Positions 16,431-25,961 of a stretch of 60,670 nucleotides of DNA are shown here, one piece after another. The position numbers were made by a program, and so were the translations under genes. This DNA is from a bacterium (GTDB lineage: Bacteria > CLD3). The notes beneath the pieces were generated by a model. The model was not told the DNA's origin and did no database searches. It was given only the letters and a program-made list of their open reading frames with translations. How positions within the stretch are numbered: the first letter of the stretch is position 1; every line of letters starts with the position of its first letter. The stretch lies in assembly GCA_020850775.1 (NCBI GenBank), contig JADZEA010000103.1:1-60670 (forward strand). The letters run 5' to 3'.

Positions 16431-18305
16431 TTAGTCTTCCACTTCGTCGTAATCCATTTTTACTTGTTTTTCAGTAACATCCACAAAAAGTCCGTGTTCT
16501 TTTTCCTTTTCAGTGCGAAGCTGCCTTGTGTAAAGATTGTAGTAGTTTCCTTTATTTTTCATCAATTCAAAATGGCTTCCATCCTCAATGATTTTACCTT
16601 TTTGGATTACAAGAATTCTATCGCAATTTTTGATGGTTGAAAGCCTGTGAGCAATAATTATTGAAGTTCTGCCTTTAACTAATTCCTCAATTCCACGTTG
16701 AATTTTTGCCTCTGTGATTGTGTCAATTGATGAAGTTGCTTCGTCCATCACAAAAATTCCCGGGTTTGATAAAATTGCTCTCGCAAAAGAAACTAATTGC
16801 TTTTCACCCATTGAAAGATTAATTCCGCATTCACCAACTTCTTCCTCAAGTCTGCCAAGGAAATTTTCTGCTCCAACCAAACGCAAAGCATTTTTAATTT
16901 CGTCTTCAGTTGCATTTTCTCTGCTGTACTGAATGTTTTGTTTTATCGTTCCCGAAAAAAGGTGTGGAGTTTGCAAAACAATACCAAGTTGACTTCTCAA
17001 ACTGAACAAGGTTTTGGTTTTGTAATCAATTCCGTCAATTTTTACTTTGCCTGCTGTTGCTTCGTAAAACCTGCAAACAAGACTTGCAATCGTAGATTTT
17101 CCACTTCCTGTTGCTCCAACAAGTGCGACAGAAGTTCCTTTTTTAATTTTCAAACTAAAGTTTTCTAAAACTGGTTTCCCTTCGTCGTAAGAAAAAGACA
17201 CGTTTTCAAAATCAATTTCGCCTTCAATTTTTTTAAAATCAGTAACGTTTGGCTCATCAAAAATCCTTGTTGGAGTTTCTAAAAGTGAGAAAATTCTTTC
17301 ACCTGCTGAAATTGAACCTTGCACTTGGGCATAAAAACCAGAAATGTCAAAAATTGGTTCGTAAATTTGAACAGCGTAACTAAAAAATGCGGTTAAAACT
17401 CCAATCGTAATTTCAGGTGGAAAACCCAACGACATTTTACCACCAATAAAAACAACAACCGCAGCAGCAACCGAACCGATAAAAATCACAAGTGGTTGGT
17501 ACAAAGCTGTGTAAAAAGAAGCGTTAAAGGAAGCAACACGCATTTTTTCACTCAAAATGCTAAATTCTTTTCCTGCTCTTTTTTCCTGAACTGTGCTTTT
17601 GTTTACCTCAACTCCATTAATGTGTTCGTTGTAGCTTGCAGTAATTTCACTGTTCAATTTTCTTGCTTGCCGTGAAAAATCAAGGATTAAACGCTTGATT
17701 TTAAAGGAAACAATCAGCAAAACCGGGATTGAACTCAGAACAATCAAAGCAAGTTTCCAGTTGAGAAAAAACATCACACCTGAACAAACAATAATCATCA
17801 CCGTTCCCCAAATCACTTCAATAAATCCCCAGGAAATTACTTCTGAAACTCTGTCAGTATCGCTTGTAATTCTTGACATCAGCCAGCCAACAGCCATTTT
17901 ATCGTAAAATGCGAAAGGTAATTTTTGCAAGTGGACAAAAAGTTCTTCACGAATATCAAACATTACCTGTTCCTGGATGAAGCCTGTAAATTTAATAAAC
18001 ATAAAAACCGCAAAAGCCTGAAGCATTCCAATAGCAAAGTAGTAAAATGCAAACTCTGTTAAAGGTGCAAAATCAATGTTTGGCTCAGTTTGTTTTGTGT
18101 AAATTTCAGCAAACGGAACAACAACTTTATCAATTAACTGCATCCAGATAATTGGGAAAACTGCGTCTGTAACTGCAACTAAAATTATGAAAAATATGAA
18201 GTTTAGCGTAAGTCTTTTGTACTTAAAACTGTAACTAAAAATCTTCTTAAGAAATGGAATTAATGCTCCTTTTGAGCGAAATTGCATTTCGTTTAATCTT
18301 GCCAT
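16431..18305 (-). CDS. ABC exporter half-transporter (TMD-NBD fusion), second subunit of a heterodimeric pair
   Basis: Six-TM N-terminal half. Walker A GATGSGKST, signature LSMGEKQ, Walker B IFVMDEATS, H-loop IIIAHRL. Confidence 0.9.
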   Translation of the reverse strand: MARLNEMQFRSKGALIPFLKKIFSYSFKYKRLTLNFIFFIILVAVTDAVFPIIWMQLIDKVVVPFAEIYTKQTEPNIDFAPLTEFAFYYFAIGMLQAFAVFMFIKFTGFIQEQVMFDIREELFVHLQKLPFAFYDKMAVGWLMSRITSDTDRVSEVISWGFIEVIWGTVMIIVCSGVMFFLNWKLALIVLSSIPVLLIVSFKIKRLILDFSRQARKLNSEITASYNEHINGVEVNKSTVQEKRAGKEFSILSEKMRVASFNASFYTALYQPLVIFIGSVAAAVVVFIGGKMSLGFPPEITIGVLTAFFSYAVQIYEPIFDISGFYAQVQGSISAGERIFSLLETPTRIFDEPNVTDFKKIEGEIDFENVSFSYDEGKPVLENFSLKIKKGTSVALVGATGSGKSTIASLVCRFYEATAGKVKIDGIDYKTKTLFSLRSQLGIVLQTPHLFSGTIKQNIQYSRENATEDEIKNALRLVGAENFLGRLEEEVGECGINLSMGEKQLVSFARAILSNPGIFVMDEATSSIDTITEAKIQRGIEELVKGRTSIIIAHRLSTIKNCDRILVIQKGKIIEDGSHFELMKNKGNYYNLYTRQLRTEKEKEHGLFVDVTEKQVKMDYDEVED

Positions 18306-18350
18306 TTTATCCTCAAATTTTTACCTGAAACCTGTTGGTTCAGGTCTTGT

Positions 18351-20195
18351 TTAAAACTCTTCTTTTTTGATTTCCTCTTCTATGGAAACCTGAATTTCAT
18401 AAATCCTTTTGTAAAAACCATTGTTAGCGATTAGTTTTTCGTGAGTTCCATTTTCAATGACTTTGCCTTTTTCAAGAACAATAATTCTGTCTGCATCGCA
18501 AACGGAAGTAATTCTGTGAGCAATTACAATGCTTGTTTTATCTTTCATTGTTTCCCGCAAAGCTGCCTGAATTTCAAATTCTGTTTCTGTGTCAACAGCG
18601 GAAGTTGAGTCGTCAAGAACTAAAATGTCCGGGTTTGCAAGCAAAGTTCTCGCAATTGTAACTCTCTGTTTTTGTCCGCCAGAAAGTGTAACACCTTTTT
18701 CGCCAACAACTGTTTCGTAGCCATTCGGGAAAATCTCAATAATTTCGTGAATTTTTGCAGCTTTCGCAGATTCAATGATGTCTTCGTGCAAAGAATCCGG
18801 TTTCGCGTAAGCAATGTTTTCCTTGATTGAATTTGAAAACAAAAACGGTTTTTGTAAAACAACTCCTATTCTTTTTCGCAAGTAATCCTTTGAAAAAGTA
18901 TTAATATTTTTCCCGTCAATTAAAATTTCACCTTGTTGAACATCGTAAAGCCTTGTTAACAAAGCAATTATTGTTGATTTTCCAGAGCCTGTCGGGCCAA
19001 GAAGTGCAACTTTTTCGCCTTGTTGAATTTTAAAACTAACGCCGTTCAAAACGTGATTTTCATCGTCTTTTTTGTAACGGAAGTAAACATCCCTAAACTC
19101 AAGTGTTCCTTTAAGGCTTTTCCCATCGTTTTCGTGTCCGTGAGTAGCTTCTGTTTCCTCGTGCAAAATACTTGTAAGCCGTTTTAGAGCAACGTTTGTC
19201 ATTCCCATTTTAGTAATAATTTCGGCTAAACGTCGCATTGGCCAAGTAACCAAGTGTGCGTAAGAAAAAAAACTTACAAGCTCACCGACAGAAATTTCAC
19301 TTTTAAAAACTAAGTAAGTTCCGTAAAGCACAACAATAGTTAGTTGTGTGTTTATCAAAATATCAGTTGTTGACCAAAACGAAGCATTCATGTTTGCTTG
19401 TCTGATTCCGATATTTTTTTTCCTGAGGTTTTGATTTGCAAACTTATTAATTTCAAAATTTTCTTTTGCAAAAGCCTTTACAACTCTAATTCCTGAAATA
19501 TTTTCCTGAACAATCACAGCAAGTTTGTCTTGTTCTTTTTCGTGTTCGTCCCAAATTATTTTCTCCTTTTTGAAAAAACTATAAGAAATAAAACCGAGAA
19601 CCGGAGAAATGACTATCGCAACCAAAGCAAACTTGAGGTTCACAGCAGCCATCATTAAAAATGCTCCAACAAACAAAACAGACAGCCTTAAAATGTCAAC
19701 TAAGTGTGCTGCAATAAAATTTTTAATCGTCTCAATATCTCCGGTACACCTTTGAATTAGTTCGCCTGTCGGTATTTTGGTGTGGTAAACAAGAGGCAAA
19801 TATTGAATGTGATTGAAAAGTTTGTCTCTAAGTTTTTTGATTGCTTTCTGGCTACTGTCATACGTAATCGTACTTGACGCAAACATAAAACCCGCTCTGA
19901 AAAATGAAACAATCAGGTACAAAGCTCCTAAATAAATTAAAATCACAGAAATATTTTCTAACTTCATTTCAGGTAAGATTTTGTAAAAAAATTGAGTTAC
20001 AAAATCATTCGAAATGTGTAATTCTTTGCCATTACTTTGGGCAAAAACAACAACTCCATCCACAGCAATTTGTAAAATTTTTGGTTCTAACATTCTGATT
20101 CCCGTAGAAAGAATTAGCAAAACAGCGGAAAGAACGTAGTAGCTTTTCCATCTGTCAAGAATTCCCATTAGTATTTTTAGTTTTTCCATTTTCAA
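18351..20195 (-). CDS. ABC exporter half-transporter (TMD-NBD fusion), first subunit of a heterodimeric pair
   Basis: Walker A GPTGSGKST, signature LSGGQKQR, Walker B ILVLDDSTSAVD, H-loop IVIAHRI. It lies 45 nt upstream of the second subunit. Confidence 0.9.
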   Translation of the reverse strand: MKMEKLKILMGILDRWKSYYVLSAVLLILSTGIRMLEPKILQIAVDGVVVFAQSNGKELHISNDFVTQFFYKILPEMKLENISVILIYLGALYLIVSFFRAGFMFASSTITYDSSQKAIKKLRDKLFNHIQYLPLVYHTKIPTGELIQRCTGDIETIKNFIAAHLVDILRLSVLFVGAFLMMAAVNLKFALVAIVISPVLGFISYSFFKKEKIIWDEHEKEQDKLAVIVQENISGIRVVKAFAKENFEINKFANQNLRKKNIGIRQANMNASFWSTTDILINTQLTIVVLYGTYLVFKSEISVGELVSFFSYAHLVTWPMRRLAEIITKMGMTNVALKRLTSILHEETEATHGHENDGKSLKGTLEFRDVYFRYKKDDENHVLNGVSFKIQQGEKVALLGPTGSGKSTIIALLTRLYDVQQGEILIDGKNINTFSKDYLRKRIGVVLQKPFLFSNSIKENIAYAKPDSLHEDIIESAKAAKIHEIIEIFPNGYETVVGEKGVTLSGGQKQRVTIARTLLANPDILVLDDSTSAVDTETEFEIQAALRETMKDKTSIVIAHRITSVCDADRIIVLEKGKVIENGTHEKLIANNGFYKRIYEIQVSIEEEIKKEEF

Positions 20196-20237
20196 TCTTC
20201 CTGAATTTTAAAAAGTTGTTTTACTTAAGTTTTGGGC

Positions 20238-20288
20238 AAAAAAAAACCGTGAACACTTTGCTAAAAGAAAGTAACCACGGTTTTTTTC
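20238..20288 (-). terminator. Strong rho-independent terminator between a leader ORF and the ABC exporter genes (candidate attenuator)
   Basis: Minus-strand RNA: AAAAAAACCGUG-(24-nt loop with an inner ACUUU/AAAGU pairing)-CACGG followed by 9 U (plus-strand A-run 20238-20246). It sits 43 nt upstream of the ABC start codon (20195) and 24 nt downstream of the leader stop (20312). Confidence 0.65.
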
Positions 20289-20311
20289 AAGATTAGTTTT
20301 TGACTAAAAAA

Positions 20312-20419
20312 TCATCTCTTCTTTAACTCCTTAAACCGTGGACGGACTACTCCAGTGTCTGGATTGGTTGCTGACAGAAGTAGTCTGTAAGCTTTTATTT
20401 TATCGCTAAAGTTTCTCAT
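20312..20419 (-). CDS. Candidate 35-codon leader peptide ORF upstream of the ABC exporter pair
   Basis: ATG 20419 ... TGA 20312-20314: MRNFSDKIKAYRLLLSATNPDTGVVRPRFKELKKR. gaggt lies 11 nt upstream of the ATG. Below the ORF-track size cutoff. Codons 27-30 (cgT CCA CGG TTT) duplicate the 3' arm of the downstream terminator. Confidence 0.35.
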   Translation of the reverse strand: MRNFSDKIKAYRLLLSATNPDTGVVRPRFKELKKR

Positions 20420-20492
20420 TTTTTTTTTAAACCTCAAATTAGTTAAAACTGCTTAAGTCTTTTTTGCCCAAAACAATTAAAATTATTTTGCG

Positions 20493-20521
20493 AATGTAAG
20501 AACAAAATTTTAAGTTGTCAA
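20493..20521 (-). promoter_or_regulatory. Sigma70-type promoter candidate for the leader/ABC transcript
   Basis: The minus strand reads TTGACA (20521-20516), a 17-nt spacer, then TACATT (20498-20493), about 75 nt upstream of the leader ATG. Confidence 0.4.
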
Positions 20522-20634
20522 TAATTGATTTTTATTTTTTTATGAAACAGGTTTCTTTTCTTAACTCATAATTCTTAATTCATTGAAACAAGCATTTTTA
20601 TTGTTTAACTTAATCAAAAATTTTGTGGGAAAAA

Positions 20635-23445
20635 ATGCTAAATCAAATCCTCGAACGGCTAAACTCTACCGCTTTAATTTCAATTTTTGTTTCAAGAATT
20701 AAAGGCTCTTTTCAAAATGAGTTAGATTTTTCAATCATTGAAAACGAAAAAATTATCTACTCGGATAAAGGATTTACTCAAAATGTTTTCCGTAAATTGC
20801 CAAAAGAATTCAACCGGTTTTTAGGAAAAACACCTGTAATTTTTGCTCACGAAGTTGGGCTTGAAAACGATACAAAACTTTTGCTTGAAGACCTTGAAAC
20901 GCCATTTTTTTGGGAAGTTACGGAACTTGCAAAAATTTCTCACCCTTTTGAAAAATCTTTTGAACTACAAGATTTATCGCAAACTTTTGAACTTGAAGAC
21001 TCTGGTTTTAAATCAAAAACTCTCTGTGAAATTTTTGAAAAATCCATTCTTTCGCTCAGAAACCGGGAACTAAAAACTATCCAGTTGCTCCAAAGAATTG
21101 CTGAAAAAGGAAAATCTGAATTTGAGCCACTCTTCAAATCACTTCTTGAAGTTAAAGTCCGTTTTATCGGTGAAGAAACTATCGGAAAAAATAAGCAGTT
21201 TGCAGCTTTAGACAATGTTTTTGGCAGTACTTCGCAAGGTTTTCTCCAAAATAAAGCTGCAACTACAAGATTAATGGCTCTGAAAATTGATAAAATCCTT
21301 GAAATGTTTAGCGAAAACGGAACAATTTCACAAAATTTTCAAGGCTACGAAAAACGTCAGGAACAAATTCAGCTTGTTGAAAACATTGCAAACGCTTTCA
21401 ACAACGGAGATTTTTTGATTGCAGAAGCACAAACCGGAACAGGAAAATCAATTGCTTACCTCGTTCCTTCAATTTTCTGGACAGTTAAAAATTCTGAAAG
21501 TTTTGAAAAAGTTGTTGTTACAACACGAACAAAAAACTTGCAGGAACAATTGTTTTTTAAAGACATTCCTTACCTTGGAAAAATCCTGAACTTACCTTTT
21601 AAAGCCGTTTTACTCAAAGGAAGAAGCAATTACCTTTGCCTGACAAAATGGGATTCTTTGATTTCAAACTCCTCTAAGTTTACTGAAGAAGAAAGAAGAA
21701 AACTTTTATCGCTTGTCGTTTGGTTTGAGGAAACCAAAACGGGCGAAATTTCTGAAAACAACGCTTTTAACTCCGAAAAAAATACTCAGCTTTGGTCAAA
21801 ACTTGCTTCTGAAACAGGTTTTTGTTCAATGAACACTTGCAAACATCCCGAAAAATGTTTCATTGGCAGAGTTCGCAACGAAGCAAAAACTGCAAACCTT
21901 GTTCTGATTAATCATTCTTTGCTTTTTTCCGACCTCGTTTCTGAAAATAATGTGATTGGGGAATACTCAAATTTGATTGTTGACGAGGCTCATTCCTTTG
22001 AAAAAACGGCAACAAATTATTTTGGAAAAGAACTAAACATTTGGCTTTTCCGTTCTTTGAACAGTAAAATTTACTCAAACGAAACTCACGAAACAGGTTT
22101 TGCGATAACTCTGAGTACTCAGCTAAAATTTGCTCACGAAATTGGACAAAGCACTTTAGCATTGTTGAACAATCAAGTTTTAGCTTTGAAGGAAAGTTCC
22201 GAAGCAATCAAAAGTAAGGGAACAAATTTTTTTACCGCTTTAACTGAACAAGTTAAAAAGTTAGACACAAACTCAAAAAACCAGGAAAATATTCGTTTCA
22301 AAATTCGCTACCTGAAAGATTCTGTTGTTTGGAAAAATATTGAAAAAGAGTACCAAAGTTTACTTGGCGAACTGGGAAGTTTAACCGACAAACTTAACAC
22401 ACTTGGGCTTTTGTTAAGTGATTTAAAAGACGGGATTTTAATGGAAAAAGATGAGATTTTGCAAGAACTGAAAAGTTGTGTCCAAAACTCTCAGGAGCTT
22501 CTTGAAATTCTTTCATCTTTGGTAGAAAATTTTGATGAAGAACAGGTTTATTGGTTTGAGCTTTCTTCTAAAAAAGATACCATTGACACGAGAGTTTTTT
22601 CTGTTCCGTTAGATGTTTCGTCTTTGCTTTCGGAAAGTATTTACAAAACTTTACAGACTTTAGTGTTCACTTCTGCAACTCTTTCGGCAGGTGATTCTGA
22701 ATTTTCTTACTTTCGTGAAAGGCTTGGTTTAGACTTGGTTGCGCAAGAAAAAATTGTTACAGCTTCGTACGGTTCACCTTTTGATTACGAAAATAATTGC
22801 AAATTAATCGTTCCGTCATTTTTACCGGAGCCTTCGTCAAAAAACTACAATCCGGAAACGTTAAAATTGATTAGTGAAGTTTTGGAAACTACAAACGACA
22901 AAGGTTGTTTGATACTTTGCACTTCTTACGCCCAACTAAATTATTTTGCAAAGGGGCTTCTTGAAGAATTGGCAGAACAAAACAGGACTTTGCTAATTCA
23001 GGGAAAAGATGGCTCAAGAACAGCTTTAATTTCACGTTTTCGTGAGCTTGGGAACGCAGTTTTGATTGGGACTGACAGTTTTTGGGAAGGAATTGACGTT
23101 ACGGGAAATTCGCTTTCAGTTTTAATTATTACAAAGATTCCATTTGAAGTTCCTGATGAACCAATTGTCAAAGCACAGATGGAAAAAATTGAAAAAGAAG
23201 GTGGAAACAGTTTCAACGATTACTACTTGCCGGAAGCAATTGTAAAGTTCAGGCAAGGTTTTGGGCGGCTAATTCGCACAAAAACAGACAAAGGTGTTGT
23301 AATTGTTACAGACACAAGGGTTGTTTCTAAAGGTTATGGGAAAAAACTCACTTCAACGCTTCCGTTAAAAGTTACCAAAGTTCCAAGTATTGTTGAGTGT
23401 AGAAAAGAAATTATTAATTTTTTCAGGCTCAAAAATTTAGATTAA
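20635..23445 (+). CDS. dinG: DinG/Rad3-family Fe-S DNA helicase with a ~230-aa N-terminal extension of unknown function
   Basis: Walker A AEAQTGTGKS, DEAH box LIVDEAHSFE, Cys cluster YLCLTKW...FCSMNTCKHPEKC, C-terminal GTDSFWEGIDVTG and FRQGFGRLIR. I used ATG 20635; the track uses in-frame TTG 20623. Confidence 0.8.
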   Translation: MLNQILERLNSTALISIFVSRIKGSFQNELDFSIIENEKIIYSDKGFTQNVFRKLPKEFNRFLGKTPVIFAHEVGLENDTKLLLEDLETPFFWEVTELAKISHPFEKSFELQDLSQTFELEDSGFKSKTLCEIFEKSILSLRNRELKTIQLLQRIAEKGKSEFEPLFKSLLEVKVRFIGEETIGKNKQFAALDNVFGSTSQGFLQNKAATTRLMALKIDKILEMFSENGTISQNFQGYEKRQEQIQLVENIANAFNNGDFLIAEAQTGTGKSIAYLVPSIFWTVKNSESFEKVVVTTRTKNLQEQLFFKDIPYLGKILNLPFKAVLLKGRSNYLCLTKWDSLISNSSKFTEEERRKLLSLVVWFEETKTGEISENNAFNSEKNTQLWSKLASETGFCSMNTCKHPEKCFIGRVRNEAKTANLVLINHSLLFSDLVSENNVIGEYSNLIVDEAHSFEKTATNYFGKELNIWLFRSLNSKIYSNETHETGFAITLSTQLKFAHEIGQSTLALLNNQVLALKESSEAIKSKGTNFFTALTEQVKKLDTNSKNQENIRFKIRYLKDSVVWKNIEKEYQSLLGELGSLTDKLNTLGLLLSDLKDGILMEKDEILQELKSCVQNSQELLEILSSLVENFDEEQVYWFELSSKKDTIDTRVFSVPLDVSSLLSESIYKTLQTLVFTSATLSAGDSEFSYFRERLGLDLVAQEKIVTASYGSPFDYENNCKLIVPSFLPEPSSKNYNPETLKLISEVLETTNDKGCLILCTSYAQLNYFAKGLLEELAEQNRTLLIQGKDGSRTALISRFRELGNAVLIGTDSFWEGIDVTGNSLSVLIITKIPFEVPDEPIVKAQMEKIEKEGGNSFNDYYLPEAIVKFRQGFGRLIRTKTDKGVVIVTDTRVVSKGYGKKLTSTLPLKVTKVPSIVECRKEIINFFRLKNLD

Positions 23446-23535
23446 TAAACTTATTGTTTTTTGAAATCAATTTGTTAAATTTGTTTTTCTAAAAAAGGTT
23501 TGTAGCAAAAATTTTTGGGAAGGCAAAGTCAATCT

Positions 23536-24624
23536 ATGGAATCGCAAATTGATAATGAAAATGATAATATCAATGATGAAAATATCTCTGAAGAAAAGAA
23601 AAGCAAACAAAAAATAGTTGTTGTGGAAGAAAATGCAAAAAGCATTAAGGACGAAATTTATAACCTTGAGTTTGGGCATATTCAAGGTGAACATCGTAAT
23701 TACAAAGGTTTTTTCATTCACGCCAAGCAAATAACTGAACTTTTTAAATCTTTAGAAATTCTTAACGAAGACAGAAAAACTCTTTGGAAATCTTTTAAGC
23801 ACCTTTGCGATAAGGTTCGCTCTGAACAAAAAGAAAGTCAGGAAAAATTTTCCGTTCAAAAAGAAAGCTCCAATCAAGTTAGAGATGAAATCATTGCAAT
23901 TATTGAAAAAGCAAGTGAAATTGGATTAAATGCTACAACTCAAAGTGAATTTGATAAAGCAAATAATTTGCTAATCAAAGCCTTGGTTCATCTTAAAAAG
24001 CAAAATCCCCAACTTATAAGAATTGACAGCAAAAATTGTTGGAACACCTGGAAAAAGGTTAAAGATGAACAAGAAACACGAAAAGCAAAACTTGGTCAGG
24101 AATCCTACGACATTCTTGCAAAGATTACAAACACTGCCTTGGAAACAGCTAAAGAAGGTAATCCTCACGAAGCACTAAAATTAATCAAAGAAATCCGTTC
24201 TCAAATTAGAAATGCAATCCTGACACGTGTACAGTACCGGGAACTAAATACAACTTTGCAACAGGTTGGCGACATTGCAATTGGAAGGATTAAAGAGAAC
24301 AAAGAAGTTAGAGAGGAAAAAGAAAAAGAATGGTTGGAATACCAAAAACAAAAACTCCCCGCTTTAAAACACAGATTGCAAAAACGTGAGGAAGAACTTG
24401 AAAAACTTGAAAACGAAATTGATTACCTTGATGGATTAATTGCGAACTACGATGGAAACGATTCAACTTACAAAGATAAAGTTGAAAGCTACATTTTTGA
24501 AAAAGAAGATAAAATTGATGTGGTTTACAAGGACATTAAAAATTTACGAAGTAAAGTCAAAAGACTTGATACCAGCTTGGAACAAGAAAGCAAACCCCAA
24601 CAAACACAAGAAAAAAATTCTTAA
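23536..24624 (+). CDS. Acidic/basic coiled-coil protein, function unknown (possibly DUF349-like repeats)
   Basis: Highly charged, helix-rich. Repeated W-x-x-(F/W)K motifs (LWKSFKHLCDKVRSEQKE; CWNTWKKVKDEQETRKAK). ATG 23536 preferred over TTG 23515. Confidence 0.5.
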   Translation: MESQIDNENDNINDENISEEKKSKQKIVVVEENAKSIKDEIYNLEFGHIQGEHRNYKGFFIHAKQITELFKSLEILNEDRKTLWKSFKHLCDKVRSEQKESQEKFSVQKESSNQVRDEIIAIIEKASEIGLNATTQSEFDKANNLLIKALVHLKKQNPQLIRIDSKNCWNTWKKVKDEQETRKAKLGQESYDILAKITNTALETAKEGNPHEALKLIKEIRSQIRNAILTRVQYRELNTTLQQVGDIAIGRIKENKEVREEKEKEWLEYQKQKLPALKHRLQKREEELEKLENEIDYLDGLIANYDGNDSTYKDKVESYIFEKEDKIDVVYKDIKNLRSKVKRLDTSLEQESKPQQTQEKNS

Positions 24625-24633
24625 AACAAACAT

Positions 24634-24671
24634 TAAAAAAATGCCACCTTTTTGAGAGAGATGGCATTTTA
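24634..24671. terminator. Bidirectional terminator between convergent genes
   Basis: aaaaaaa-atgcca-(15-nt loop)-tggcat-tttt. Confidence 0.5.
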
Positions 24672-24683
24672 AAAATCATTTTT

Positions 24684-25961
24684 TTATTTACACTTTAATT
24701 CTTGCAATTTTTTCAAACAGTTAATTTGAATGTCTGTTTTTTCCACACCTTTTGCTGCAATTGAAAGGTTCATCCAACCTTGACAATCTTCAGCTTTTAA
24801 TTGTGTGTACTTTTCAAAATTTGCAAAAGCCTTTTGCGCATCGCCTTCTTTTCCACGTTTCAGGTAAGCGTAACCAATATTATTAATCACTGCTTCATTG
24901 TTTGGCTCTTTGGCAAGCACTTTTTCAAACTTTTCAACAGCACAATCAAAATCTTCCTGCTCCAAACAAGTGTTCCCTTGTTCTGCAATAATTCCAGTTG
25001 AGCCTTCAGGGTCAAGCTCTAAAAGTTTTTGTTTAAACTCGTTGGATTTTTTCTTGTCGCCAATTTTTTCGTAGCAGTAAGCTGAATTATTGATTGCGTC
25101 AATATTTTTTCCATCAATTTTCAGAAGTTCGTCGTAGCTTTTGATTGCGTCTTGAAATTTTTCCTCTTCAAGGTCAAAAGAAGCAAGTCTTCCTAAAATT
25201 TTCACCTTTTCTTCGTCCTTTTTGGCAATTTTCAGAGCTTTGTTGTAAAATATTTTTGCTTCACTTTCTTTGTTAGTTTGTTCAGCAGAAATTGCGTAGT
25301 TGTAAAGATTACCAAAACTCTTGGAAAACAATTCTTCGTTAATTGAGTTTGCAACTTTTAGGTTTTCGTAAGCATTACCAAAAAACTTTTGTTGAATTTT
25401 TTCATCGGTTTGTTGTGCAGCTGTTTTAATGAAAAAATATCCCATTCTTTGAGTTTCAGCAAAAACCCTTTCTTCTTCATTTGCAATTTCTTTTTTCGTT
25501 CCACCGTCAGGCTTAGAGTTTTTTGCTTTGTTCAAGTAATCAACTGCGCTATTAATGAATTTCCAGTAATTTGTCCAATAAGTGTCATCATTTAATTTAG
25601 CAGTTAAAATTGCGGTTTGTTTTTCAGTATTTTTTGCTTGAATAACTTCTGGTTTTACGTCCGGAGCTTTCATTTCTGCATCAAGTTTAGACAAAGTTTC
25701 ACCGAGTTTTCCTGCTTCCTCATATTTTTTGTTGTAAGAGTTGTAGTAACCAAACTGAACTTTTCCCATCAAAAACAGTCCTTTGGGATCGTTTGGTTTT
25801 TCCAACAGGTGAGTTTGTAAAATGCTGTCTGCGTAAGCCCAATCATTTTGTGAAATCCTTAGTTCTGCCGTTGTAATTTCCACTCTTCCGGCAAAAGAGT
25901 TTGTAAAAGTTAAACCTGAAATCGCTAAAAAAAATAGGTTTCTTTTCGTGAGGAATCTCAT
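24684..25961 (-). CDS. Secreted TPR-repeat protein
   Basis: Signal peptide MRFLTKRNLFFLAISGLTFTNSFA. Multiple TPR-like units (e.g. AINNSAYCYEKIGDKKKSNEFKQKLLELDP; VINNIGYAYLKRGKEGDAQKAFANFEKY). Its ATG overlaps the mtnA TGA (ATGA). Confidence 0.7.
   Translation of the reverse strand: MRFLTKRNLFFLAISGLTFTNSFAGRVEITTAELRISQNDWAYADSILQTHLLEKPNDPKGLFLMGKVQFGYYNSYNKKYEEAGKLGETLSKLDAEMKAPDVKPEVIQAKNTEKQTAILTAKLNDDTYWTNYWKFINSAVDYLNKAKNSKPDGGTKKEIANEEERVFAETQRMGYFFIKTAAQQTDEKIQQKFFGNAYENLKVANSINEELFSKSFGNLYNYAISAEQTNKESEAKIFYNKALKIAKKDEEKVKILGRLASFDLEEEKFQDAIKSYDELLKIDGKNIDAINNSAYCYEKIGDKKKSNEFKQKLLELDPEGSTGIIAEQGNTCLEQEDFDCAVEKFEKVLAKEPNNEAVINNIGYAYLKRGKEGDAQKAFANFEKYTQLKAEDCQGWMNLSIAAKGVEKTDIQINCLKKLQELKCK

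Noticed and set aside
18323-18345. A 7-bp hairpin (acctgaa/ttcaggt) between the two ABC exporter genes, considered as a possible internal terminator.
   Set aside because: No U-run follows on the coding (minus) strand. More likely it is an intercistronic stabiliser, or nothing.
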